Positions 48,059-58,093 of a stretch of 64,000 nucleotides of DNA are shown here, piece by piece (the stretch's first letter is position 1; each line of letters starts with the position of its first letter). Under the pieces are notes generated by a model that was given only the letters and a program-made list of their open reading frames with translations, did no database searches and was not told the DNA's origin. The stretch comes from Candidatus Latescibacterota bacterium. Its GTDB lineage: Bacteria; Latescibacterota; UBA2968; SICM01. The translations under genes and the position numbers were made by a program. The stretch is taken from assembly GCA_965217865.1 (NCBI GenBank), contig CBDCJO010000002.1:1504001-1568000 (forward strand). Reading direction: 5' to 3'.

Positions 48059-48249
48059 AGTGAAAGGGCGGATGGGTGGTCTGTCGAATCACGAACAAGG
48101 TACTGGAATATCCCTTAAACCAAAAGAAAAAATCCCTGTTTAAGGGATAATTGGCAGAGGTCAGGGGTCGGGGGAGGAAAATGCAAAGTGAAAATTGCAA
48201 AATGCAAAATGCAAATTGAACGGCAGACGGTGACAATGGACCACAGATG

Positions 48250-50210
48250 CTACGGCCAAGCCCTCCCCGCCAGCATGGCGATAATCGATCCCGCACTGGA
48301 GATCACGGCCTGGCCAAAAATCAACCCGAAAAAAAAGGGACGGGACCGTCCATAAAGGGACGGCCCACCGTACTTCAACACATTCCGCTTGATCAGCCAA
48401 GCAATGAAGACATTAAACCAGTACGACAGGTAGATCGTGCCGATGGGGTATCCGACCGGGTGAATGGGCCACCAGAAGAACCGCTTCCTGGCAAGGATCA
48501 GCAATCCCATCGACAATATCCCTATGCTCGTCCAGATGAGGCGAACCGGCTTTCCCTCGGACGGGTCCGTGATGGCGCCTCCGTAATAGCTGAGATGGGA
48601 GAACACTGTCTTGGTAACAAAACCGCTGTTGGCAAACCCATAGCCCCCAAGGGAGTAGGCATAATGGAGAAACGAGGCGGCAGCCGTTACACCGCCCACC
48701 AGAAGGGCGAGGAAACAGGCGTAGAAAAAAGGCCGGCTTCCCACCCCCTTTTGATAGGTCAGCTTCAATGCCGTGGAAGCGCTTGCCATGGCGTGCGGCC
48801 CATTGGGAAGCCCATAGTGGGCGCCGTCGGGAAAGGCCCAAGATTGCGCGAGGAAGAATCCCGCTTTCGTGGAATTGCCCAGCGCCTGTGTGCCCACAAG
48901 GTGAAGAATCACCTGCATCGGGCTCATCGGGGCCTGCATCACGGCACCGGACTCGGCCAGGATTCGCGTCACGCCCAGAAAGATCGCAAGCATCAACACC
49001 AGAAAGGGGGGTATCACCCAGATCGAGATTCCCGTCATCCAGAGCCAGAAGCCGATGAATACGATGCACACGATCGACCCGATCACCGCAGTCCGGTAGG
49101 AGAGCATCTCGTCCCCGTCGTCCACGTCCGGGTCCAGCCCGAACGCCTTTCGGAACACATCCCTCAGATGATGACGGGCTTCGTAGAGCATGACCCCCAC
49201 CAGGACGGCCAGAGCCCCCAATGCCTCCTGATGCAGATTACCGTAGATGACGCGAGGTCGTTTGGGCGGCGTGACGAGACGAGGGACGCTGTAGAGCGTC
49301 AGCAGATACATCTGGACGTAAGTGAGGAGGGTGAAGAGGAGAATGCTGCCCAGGACCTCCAGAGATACCAGATAACTGATACCGATAGCGATAAAATTAG
49401 TGAAGCCGAACACCTGGATCGTGCGGGTATATGAGTAAAACCTGAGATTGATCGGGCGGATCGCGGGGATAAACAGGTGAACGATACTGGAAAGCCGCTC
49501 CACCCCGGAAAGGAAAAATCCCGTCCAGAAGGCCGTGTTGCGTAGAAGCGGACGCCCGCCCGTCTCGCCTTCCACCAGCGCAGGGGAACCTGCGCCATTG
49601 GAAACGGCAGCCGCTCCTCCTCGATCCACCGCTTTCGAAAGATCACCATGAGCGAAATCATGGTGAAGTAAAAGGCCCCTAAAAGCACCGCCCAGGCGAA
49701 GAACGGCCAGATCCAGGCCCCGTAGGGCGGCTTCCCATCGGGTCCCAGCCCTTCAAAGAACCCTTTCGCCACTGCGGGGTCCTTGATGCTCAGGCCTTCG
49801 GGGAGCAGAGGCAACACCTGGCTCCCCCAATCGTTCTCCGGCGTGGCGTAGTGCGCAAACCCGACCATGTTGGGGATCAGGTACATCAGCGTCCCGTTGA
49901 TCGGGATTGCCGAGACCATCAGCAGCATCGAGAACACGACCAGCAGCTCCTGCGCGCTCGGTCCCGATTGGACGGCCTTGATCCGCTTGAGCAGCCCGAC
50001 GCAGAGAATCAGCGCAAACAGCAGGAACAGCGCCCCGCTCCCATACCCATCCGCCGAAAGCCCGCCACCCAGCGCTTCCTGGCAGATGGACAGAAACGCA
50101 AGCAGAACGCTCAGGGCGGTGCCGATCAGCAAAGCCCTCGGCGTCACCCCCGACGACAAGATGGCCTTCTCGACCGGGGACGCAACAGCCTTACGCTCTG
50201 ACTCGATCAT
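48250..50210 (-). CDS. DUF6785/DUF6784-type membrane protein (copy D, divergent), frameshifted
   Basis: N-part in ORF 49299..50210 (GVTPRA..FRKRWIEEERLPFPMAQVP), C-part in ORF 48250..49629 (..RFFWWPIHPVG..LKYGGPSLY); one base missing near 49580. Confidence 0.78.
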
Positions 50211-50306
50211 TCGGTTCCTATCCTTCCGCGCCCTGTTTCAACCGTCGCTTTTCCCCATTCCCCGTTTGCGCGGAATCCTGAGCAGGCGTCCCGGGTCTCA
50301 GGTCTC

Positions 50307-51679
50307 TCAATGAGATCTCCGAACCCGCACCCGTTGCAGGTACTGCTCTTCTTTGAGGTGAGTGTATTGCGTTATCCGGATCCTGTGGGCGAGCAACTCC
50401 TGCAGCAGGTCCAGAGTCACTTTTTCGTAACCCGCCACCCCCGCGAGGTTCTGCCCCTCTCGAGGGTCCACAGCCAGGTTGTAGAGATGCTGCACACCCC
50501 CCTGCTCGGGGTCGAAGACCAGCTTCCAGTTCCCGGTCCGAACCATCGCGCACGTCGCCAGCTCGGCGAACACCGCATCCCGGCCTGTTCCCGGCTCGCC
50601 CCGCACTATGGGGGGGAGATCCAACCCCGGCCGCCGGCGGTCAAATTCGGGTTCGACCCCTGCAAGCCTGAGAATCGTCGGATACAGGTCCAGGTGAGAC
50701 ACCAACGTTTTGCTCAGCCGGGGACCGATCGGCTTCTCCCTCCTCGGAATCCCGGGTCCGCAAAAAAAGAAGGGACCCCCACACTGCTTTCGTAGAAATA
50801 CCGCTTGTCCCAGATTTCATAGTCGCCCAGGCAATCGCCGTGATCCGATGTAAAGATGATCACGGTATTCTCGAAAAGGCCCCGCTCTTTGAGCGCGTTG
50901 ACCAGGCGTCCCACATAGCCGTCGATCAACGCACACTTGTCCATGTAGTGCGCCCGCTTCAGCCGGGCCGAGGGCTCGTCCGGGGCTCCCAGGGGCGGCG
51001 GCATGTCCTCCGGATCGTGCCCCAACTCGCCGGGGTGCCACAGGGGCGGGTGCGGTCCTATGAACGAGAGGTTGAGGTAGAAGGGCCGGTCCTCGCCGTA
51101 TTCTTCGACAAAACGGATCCCGTTCACTCCGATAAACCCATCCGCCGTATCATCCGGGTCGTCAAACGGATGGCGGACCCCCCCTTTCTTGAGCGCGGAC
51201 CGAAACGCTTCTAGCTTTCCCCTCCGTTTCAGGTCGTGCGTGTACTCGTCATCGTTGTGCCCATTCTCCCCGTCGTCGTGCACCTGGAACACGGTGTCGA
51301 ACCCGTAGCGTCTCAACTCTTCGTCGTTCTTCGTCACATCGACGCCCAGACCGTAGCTGTCGATATAGTGGTGCTTGCCGATCATCGCGGTATAATAGCC
51401 CGTTTCCTGTAAATGGCCCATAAACGTATCATCGCGCAGATCGGGGTGGATGGGGTCGGCCTGGTTCCCGCATACCCCGGTGGCCGAAGGATACATGCCC
51501 GTGATGATCGATATCCGGGATGGCCCGCAAAGCGGGGTCGCACAATACGCGTTCTCAAACCGGGTGCCCGTTCCAGCTAGGGCCATCAGGTTCGGTGTGC
51601 TCTTTCCCAGGGCATCCCGGCGGAAATGGTCTGTCATGATCAGGATGATATTGGGTCCCTTATGATCGGACATCGGCAT
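50307..51679 (-). CDS. sulfatase (formylglycine-dependent), frameshifted
   Basis: PNIILIMTDH, LCGPSR (CxPxR), IGKHH, GPHPP, FTSDHGD; C-part VSHLDLYPT..HLYNLAVDP in another frame; one base missing near 50770. Confidence 0.85.
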
Positions 51680-51839
51680 TCCTCAAGGGGTTGGGTACTA
51701 CGCGGATAGCGGCGCGTAACGGTCGTGGATCTCTGAACGACAGTGTCTTTCGGCCGGATTGCTCACGCCTCTTCGCTGCGACGGGCATTGGAGCGATTTT
51801 TTCCGGGTTCTGAGGTCACGTCTGGCGCAGTGGACCGTT

Positions 51840-52933
51840 TCAGTCCCAGTCCGAAAAGTCGGTGTCCGGCCTGTAGTTCCTGCCGCTCGACTCGAGTGTG
51901 GCCACCTGAATCATCTTCATGGTGGCCAGGGAGATCTCTTCCGGTCGGCGCAAATTCCCCGTTTCGAACGATTCCCTGGTCGAGGGGATCCAACGCTGCC
52001 CGGCCGCGGTATTCGCCTGCAGTTCGGTCATCTCGGTACGCACCAGTCCCGGCCCCGCGGAGAAGACCAGGACCGAACTTTTCTGCATCCTGAGCTCTTC
52101 GGTTGTGCGGTCGCTGTCGTCGAAACGCTTCGTGCTCCGCGCGCGCTCGACAACCCCCAGGTCGAAGGGAAAACTCATGCCGATGGAAGCCAGCTCGACT
52201 GTGTTCGGGTCCTGATCGTAGATGAACGTGTGATGTATCCGGAGCTCGCTCTTGCCGCCGAAGAGGTGGATGCGAAGGATGAACGGACAGAATCGCGAAC
52301 CGTCTTGCGCGGTGTGGTATCCCTTCACGCACACGCAGGTCCGCAGCGGACCTGCCTCCTCGACAACTATCCGGCCGGGCGGGCCAGGCCGAGCGTATCG
52401 TAGAACTTTCCGTGCTGATCCTCGACGTAAAGGAACGGACTGCTCTCCCCGGGGAACACGTCGCGCCACTCGCCGTTAGCCCTGATCCGGGATTGCATGA
52501 ACAGGCGACCGGCAGGAACCGGGGCGAGTGAAGACCCGCCCCGCCTCTCTCCGCGCGGGCCAAGGTCGAGCTGCATCGGACCGGTGTGGAACCTCAGCCG
52601 ATCGGCCTCCTCTTCGACCCGAACCGGGGTCTCACAGTCGGGAGGGCGTACGTCGGGCCCATACTCGAGAAAGAGCTCCTCGTGGTTGCCCGGCTCCAGA
52701 TCCGCCTGAAAATCGAGGAGCAGCCACCGGACATACTTCAGATCTCTGTTCCACGTGGCCAGGGGCGCGACCTGGGTCGGTCTTGGTCGACCGCTCCGAT
52801 CGACCACGCAGGCCCCGAACGACGAATCGAACTCCCCGTCGGCGAAGGTAACGCCCTGCGTGACCGGATATCCGCGATATCGTACCCCGTCGCCGCCCGA
52901 AAGGCCCAATTTGATCTTTTTTGGTTTTGCCAT
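51840..52933 (-). pseudogene. chimeric remnant: PcRGLX/YetA-like (exo-rhamnogalacturonan lyase) N-terminus fused to an SDR C-terminus
   Basis: PVTQGVTFADG..ATW..VRWLLLDFQ, VEEAGPLR..LRIHHTFIY, then EELR..VFSAGPGLVRTEMTE..RPEE..SGR; frameshift near 52388; lyase catalytic C-domain absent. Confidence 0.65.
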
Positions 52934-52949
52934 GCATCCTCCTGTACTA

Positions 52950-53060
52950 GGAAATTGCAAAGTGAAAAATGCAAAATGGGAAGTGCAAAATTATAGACGA
53001 TGGACCATAGACGATAGACGATAAAAAAAGTCAGACGTGAGATGTGAGACGTGAGACGAA
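52950..53060. repeat. composite 7-mer arrays (CAAAATG, GACGATA, GTGAGAC types)
   Basis: GAAATTG CAAAGTG AAAAATG CAAAATG GGAAGTG CAAAATT; GACGATG GACCATA GACGATA GACGATA; GTGAGAT GTGAGAC GTGAGAC. Confidence 0.8.
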
Positions 53061-53219
53061 AACCGAGATCGATTTGGAAAAACCAGTGACGGACATTTTA
53101 AATTCACTCAAGTGTCAGACCTAACCTCTAGCCCCTTCCCTAAAGGGAAGGGGAATGACGCCTATATTTTAGCAAAATTTCTGAGCGAAGCGAAGGCCGC
53201 GAGAAAAGGGTAGGACAAC

Positions 53220-53380
53220 GGAATTTGTTGATCTTCCTAGTTTTTGGTGGAAAGCGAGTTCTGTGAGACGACGCATCAGCGGGCCATAGGTCCGCGATCC
53301 GGATCCATCCCACACATACCGTAAATGAATCCGGATGCGGGACAGGGATTGGGGGATGGCGAGGTAAAATTATCGCGGCC
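53220..53380 (-). mobile_element. RAYT-remnant mini-element (copy 2, inverted, lacking the 66-bp units)
   Basis: Reverse complement matches 25359..25461 and then jumps to ~25594..25650; reads IPQSLSRIRIH-L-RYVWD from 53357. Confidence 0.7.
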
Positions 53381-53424
53381 AGTGCGTGAAGCCGTTAGTT
53401 CACGACTTGAGTATTCGTCCCGGG

Positions 53425-54810
53425 TCAACGAGGGTCTCGTGCTGTCCGGTCCGCCTCCACGGCCTCGAACCAGGCTTCCAGCTCCCCTTTCATCCGGTCC
53501 ACCCGGTCGGGATGTCGAGCCGCCAGATCGGTATTCTCATACGGATCCTCGTCGATATTGTAGAGCTCCGGCTCGCCAGGCGGGGGCAGTTCCCGTTCCA
53601 CCGGGGGATTGGAGACGTCCATCGTAAAATGCGGCACTTCGAAATTCTTCCGGTAAGGCGGATCGTCCGATGCCAGCTTCTTCATCGCCTCCTCGATCCG
53701 CGGCCAGTAGAGTTTCCATTCCTTGTCCCGCATTGCCGCGTTGCAATTCCGGATCGGATCGTAGCGGTTGAACTGCCAGAACCGCCTGGTCGGGATCTTC
53801 CCATCTTCGCCCCGCAGCGCCCCCAACACGTCCGCCCCGTCCAGGGGCAATCCCGGCCGGTCGTCGATCCCGCACGCCTGCAGCAGGGTGGGCATCCAGT
53901 CCGTAAAATGCAGCATCCCGTCGAATGCCCTGCCTCGAGGCAGGCCGGCAGGCCACCGGATCAGGCCCGGCACCCGGATCCCGCCTTCCAGGACATCGGT
54001 TTTCCTCCCCCGGAACGGACCGTTGTAGCGTTTCTGGCACGCCTCCCCCTCCCCGTGGAACAAGGGACCGTTATCGCTCGTAAAAAGCACAATGGTATTT
54101 TCTTCCAGCCCGTGCTTTTCCAGGAACTCCAGGACTCGCCCAACGCAGATATCCATCCGCCGGATCATTCCGTATAACTGACACACGGCTCTTGTGAATT
54201 TACCCATCTCTTGAAACGGCCGGATGTCCTCTTCGGGCGCCTCCAGCGGGAGGTGGGGTGCATTGTAGGCCACATAGAGAAAGAACGGCTCCGCCCTGTG
54301 CCGTTCGATAAATCCGATCGCCTCATCCGTAAACACGTCCGTCAGGTAGCGTCCGTCCGATTGTTCCGGCTGTCCGTTGTACTCGATTATCCAGTTCCAG
54401 TAATGCATCCCGCCGTTCAAAAACCCGACGAACTCGTCGAACCCCCGGTTGTTGGGATGATACTGCATATCGTGCAGGCCGTTGTGCCACTTCCCGATCA
54501 TCCCCGTCGTATACCCGCCCCCTTTAAACACGTCTGCGATCGTGGATTCTCTCAGCGCAATCCGGTCCAGCCCCCGGTTCGACTCGACGGACAGGGCGCC
54601 CGTCCGGTGGTTGTAGCGCCCCGTCAAGAACGACGCCCGTGCGGGCGCGCAGATCGGCGATCCCGTGTAATGCTGGTTCAGACATACCCCTTCCTGTCCG
54701 ATCCGGTCGATATGGGGCGTCTCGAGGTCCGGGTTTCCGTAGATCCCGAGGTCCCCGTAACCCTGGTCGTCCGTCAGAAATACGATCACGTTTGGGGTTT
54801 TGAGGGGCAT
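53425..54810 (-). CDS. arylsulfatase-like sulfatase
   Basis: PNVIVFLTDDQGYGD, ICAPARASFLTGR, IGKWH, NAPHLP, FTSDNG, EGGIRVP, ELYNIDEDPYE. Confidence 0.94.
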   Translation of the reverse strand: MPLKTPNVIVFLTDDQGYGDLGIYGNPDLETPHIDRIGQEGVCLNQHYTGSPICAPARASFLTGRYNHRTGALSVESNRGLDRIALRESTIADVFKGGGYTTGMIGKWHNGLHDMQYHPNNRGFDEFVGFLNGGMHYWNWIIEYNGQPEQSDGRYLTDVFTDEAIGFIERHRAEPFFLYVAYNAPHLPLEAPEEDIRPFQEMGKFTRAVCQLYGMIRRMDICVGRVLEFLEKHGLEENTIVLFTSDNGPLFHGEGEACQKRYNGPFRGRKTDVLEGGIRVPGLIRWPAGLPRGRAFDGMLHFTDWMPTLLQACGIDDRPGLPLDGADVLGALRGEDGKIPTRRFWQFNRYDPIRNCNAAMRDKEWKLYWPRIEEAMKKLASDDPPYRKNFEVPHFTMDVSNPPVERELPPPGEPELYNIDEDPYENTDLAARHPDRVDRMKGELEAWFEAVEADRTARDPR

Positions 54811-54849
54811 GTTCTTCTTTTGGGTTTCTCAGTATAATTTACAAGACAC

Positions 54850-55856
54850 TTGGACGGGAGGAGCGGACTGTATCCGTGTCCTTCCACGGTAACCCTTCAC
54901 AAAAAGATTGAGGAGAACGGTGGCGCCCTGTTCATGTGTGGGTACGGACAGTTAACGAGAGGAGGAGGATCGAGAAACTTTCTGATCAAAAGCGATGACT
55001 CCGGAAAGAGCTGGCGGTTTTACGCGGACATCGGCCGGGATTATGAACCTGACTTCTGCCGACTTCCCAACGGGGACATGATCGCGGTTGCCCGCTGCGG
55101 GGGGGATGAGCCCAGGGTGCTGCTCCAGACTCGTTCCACCGACGATGGAATCACGTGGTCCGATCCGACCCCCGCACCGGGGGTGGAGACGGTCAGCCGG
55201 GAAGACCGCACGTGGAAGGATCCGCAGGGGGACTTGTTCAGGGAGGCCAGCGGAGGAAACGTGGACCCCTGTCTTCAGCCTCTTGAGAGCGGTATCATCG
55301 CCCTGTCCTACGGGAGGCCTGCGCTCTGTCTTCGCTTCAGCGAGGACGGCCTGGGAAACTCATGGGACTACAGGACTGAACTGATTCCCAAATACGCGAT
55401 GAAGGACGGGCGGGCATGGGCCTTTCCAGAGCAGTCGGTCATCTCTCACTATTACAGCGGAATGGTTGCCTTGTCGCCCAGAACGGTGCTCGTGGCGTCC
55501 AACATCTATGGGTACAGTCCGAGCGGTGATCCCCGAAAGGGGCGGGATGTGATCTTGTGGTGCCCGTGTCGGTCCGGAGGGATGGAGAGGGGAACAGGCC
55601 CCCTGCTATCAGCGGTCCGGGCGAGGCCGTTTGCGCCCCCGGGCGTGAGGTCGAGGTGCGGTTCACGCTTTCAGACCCGGACGGTGACTGGGTGCGATTG
55701 AAATGCGACGGCCCTCCGGGAACCGAAGTCAGGGGAAACGCCGTCGCGCTTAAAGCACCATGGGAGTTCTCCGGAGAGACGAGCCTGACTGTGAGCGCAG
55801 AGGACGCGTGGGGGGCACGGGCCGAAGAACATGGCCTGATGATAAGAAAAGGTTGA
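54850..55856 (+). CDS. BNR/sialidase-like protein with short C-terminal beta domain; probably 5'-truncated, frameshift near 55556
   Basis: SDDSGKSW, YEPDFCRLPNGDMIAVAR, STDDGITWS, VDPCL..ALSYGRP; continues in ORF 55557..55856 (VSVRR..NRPPAI..DPDGD); no clear ATG or RBS. Confidence 0.6.
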
Positions 55857-55958
55857 GGGCCATGGAAATGGAAAATGCAAAATGGAAAATGGAAAAGGCA
55901 AAAGGGAGAAGTCACAGGTCAAATCAAACCGGTATGGGGCCCTGTTCAGATTCCGGAC

Positions 55959-56960
55959 CTATTCCCGGATCTCAAAGACGATCCCTTCGATATCGCAGTT
56001 CCTCTCCTCGAATGCCGTGTAATAAGCGCATAATACCCGACCGTTCTCAAGGAGGATCATGCTGGGATAGGAACAGTCCCAAATTACTTTCGGGGCCACG
56101 TAGATATCGGCGAGGAACTCCCAGGTCTCCCCGCCGTCCCTTGTGGCCGAAAGCGAGCAGCCCGGCAACCTGCTTTCATCAACCTGACGATAGCCCAGCA
56201 GAATCATACCGGAGGGCAGCCGCAGGAGACTCGGACACTGGCCCATGACCTCAGTTTTTTCAGGGGCGGACCAGGTCAAACCCTCGTCCTCTGAATAGGC
56301 GCGGTGAAGAAACCGGGGTTTCTCCCTAACCTGCCGGACCAACGCCATAAGCCTCCCATCCGGGACCCGGACGATGTCCAACTCGTCGCTCAGTCCGCGC
56401 GCTACATCCACACGTCCAGGAAACGTGTGGCCCCCGTCGTTTGAGACAAAATATCCGCTGTAGACCGGCTCTTCTCCCACCTTCTGCCCGCCTCCGAGGA
56501 CAAAGATCCTTCCGCCGGGCAATACCTGGACACGACCGTACTGGTTCTGCCAGGTCCATCCTTCCATCGGGCCAAGAAAAAGAGGATCGGACCAGGATTT
56601 TCCCTCGTCGTCGGAGCTGAGGAGATATGTCTTGAACTCTCGTACCCCCTCTACGTGCCTCAAGGACATGACGGGCAAGAGGATCCGGCCATCCGACAGT
56701 TGAGCGGGTCCGTGGTGGGCGGCGCAGCCCCAACCCGGTTCCGAAAAGAACAACTCCGGTTCGGACCAGCTCGCTCCTCCATCATCGGACCTTACCATCT
56801 TTTCGACGGAGTCATCCGTCTTCCAGTGATCCGAGCCTTCTCGATATGACAGGAGTAACGTACCTGAGGAAAGCCTGAGCAGCCCCGGAAAAGCCTTGTG
56901 ACGCGGGCTTTCGCCTGCGATGGTAAAACGTTCGAGGTGGTGGAATTGGAGTGATGGCAT
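55959..56960 (-). CDS. BNR/Asp-box sialidase-like protein
   Basis: AFPGLLRL, YREG, SDDGGASWS, SDDEGKSWS, SEDEGLTWS, TRDGGETW, DCSYPS; RBS AAGGAG before MPSLQ. Confidence 0.87.
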   Translation of the reverse strand: MPSLQFHHLERFTIAGESPRHKAFPGLLRLSSGTLLLSYREGSDHWKTDDSVEKMVRSDDGGASWSEPELFFSEPGWGCAAHHGPAQLSDGRILLPVMSLRHVEGVREFKTYLLSSDDEGKSWSDPLFLGPMEGWTWQNQYGRVQVLPGGRIFVLGGGQKVGEEPVYSGYFVSNDGGHTFPGRVDVARGLSDELDIVRVPDGRLMALVRQVREKPRFLHRAYSEDEGLTWSAPEKTEVMGQCPSLLRLPSGMILLGYRQVDESRLPGCSLSATRDGGETWEFLADIYVAPKVIWDCSYPSMILLENGRVLCAYYTAFEERNCDIEGIVFEIRE

Positions 56961-56978
56961 GTTGGCTCCTTTCAAGAG

Positions 56979-57195
56979 GAAATTGAAGATTGAATATTGA
57001 AAGACCGTCAAACGTGAGACGTGAAACGTGAAACGGGAAAAGCAGTGGCAGGTGGCAGTTGCAGGAAAAGCCAAAGCCGGGACAGGCAATATGACCTTCA
57101 ACCGCACTTCCCCTCTCCCAGATGGACCGCGGACGATAGACCATAGACGATGGACGATGGTCAGAGGTCGGGTGTCGGAGGTCAGGGGGCAAGGG
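56979..57195. repeat. composite 7-mer/6-mer arrays
   Basis: AAATTGA AGATTGA ATATTGA; GTCAAAC GTGAGAC GTGAAAC GTGAAAC; GCAGTG GCAGGTG GCAGTT; GACGATA GACCATA GACGATG GACGATG; GGTCAGA GGTCGGG TGTCGGA GGTCAGG. Confidence 0.8.
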
Positions 57196-57314
57196 GTTGG
57201 CGGTTTTCAGAGCGAATTGGATGAATTTTAATGATGAACTGATTTGATTAGGGGGAAGCCTTATCGGCATTGATTGACCGATTACGGCCCGCGAGGCCGC
57301 GGGCCCTCCCGGAA
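57194..57314. repeat. dispersed intergenic repeat (copy 2 of 3032..3150)
   Basis: Shared TTGGCGGTTTTCAGA..GATTTGATT..TCGGCAT..CGATTACGGCCCGCGAGGCCGCGG.CCCTCCCGGAA. Confidence 0.7.
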
Positions 57315-57329
57315 ACGGCGCGCGGCATC

Positions 57330-58055
57330 CTACCCATTAGAAGCAAGTTCCGTTTCACGTGGCCTGATTAACATCAGATAACAGGCGGATGAAATTCCTC
57401 CGGAGCCGAATACCATACACATAACCATAATCTGGTATCGCACGGCCACAAGGGGGGACACGCCTGACAGGATCTGTCCGGTCATCATGCCAGGTAAGCT
57501 TACGAGGCCGACGGCAAGCAGTGAATTGATCTGGGGAATCAGGGACGTTCTGAGCGCGATGCGCCTCGCTTCTTCATATTGAAGGTTGTTTGCGGACTCG
57601 GATTCGAATCGCTCCGCCGCGAGGCTAACGGCATTCATGGCGTTCGCGAAGATCATGCCCGCGAGGGGAATCATGATGCGAGGCGAAAACCATGGTTGGA
57701 GATCCAGGACTTCCTGGGAAACAAGGGCCAGTGTCAAGACTCCGCCGAGAGAGATGGAACCCAGGGCCTTTGCATACAGCATGGGTTGTTTCCGCTTAAG
57801 GGGACGGAGGGCGATCCAGCTTGAGGCGAAGAGCATGACCGCAAGAACTGCTATGACGATCGAGGGATAATCGGATTCAAAAATGTAGGCCAATACGTAA
57901 CCGATTAGAAGGAGCTGGATCCCCATGCGGGCAACGGCGTAGAGCGCGATATGGCTGCCCAAAGACCATCGATAGAGAATCACGATGACGATCAATACAG
58001 GAATAAAGGTCAGGGCCAGGTTTTCCAATGGAATTGTCTGTACGGAGTTGTTCAT
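57330..58055 (-). CDS. UPF0014 / FetB(YbbM)-like ABC transporter permease
   Basis: RMGIQLLLIGYVL, IPLAGMIFANAMNA, IPQINSLLAVGLVSLPGMMTGQILSGVSPLVAVRYQI; start MNNSVQ. Confidence 0.9.
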   Translation of the reverse strand: MNNSVQTIPLENLALTFIPVLIVIVILYRWSLGSHIALYAVARMGIQLLLIGYVLAYIFESDYPSIVIAVLAVMLFASSWIALRPLKRKQPMLYAKALGSISLGGVLTLALVSQEVLDLQPWFSPRIMIPLAGMIFANAMNAVSLAAERFESESANNLQYEEARRIALRTSLIPQINSLLAVGLVSLPGMMTGQILSGVSPLVAVRYQIMVMCMVFGSGGISSACYLMLIRPRETELASNG

Positions 58056-58093
58056 AATCTCTGTGGTCTCCTTGAGGTGTGTGAGGAATCCAT

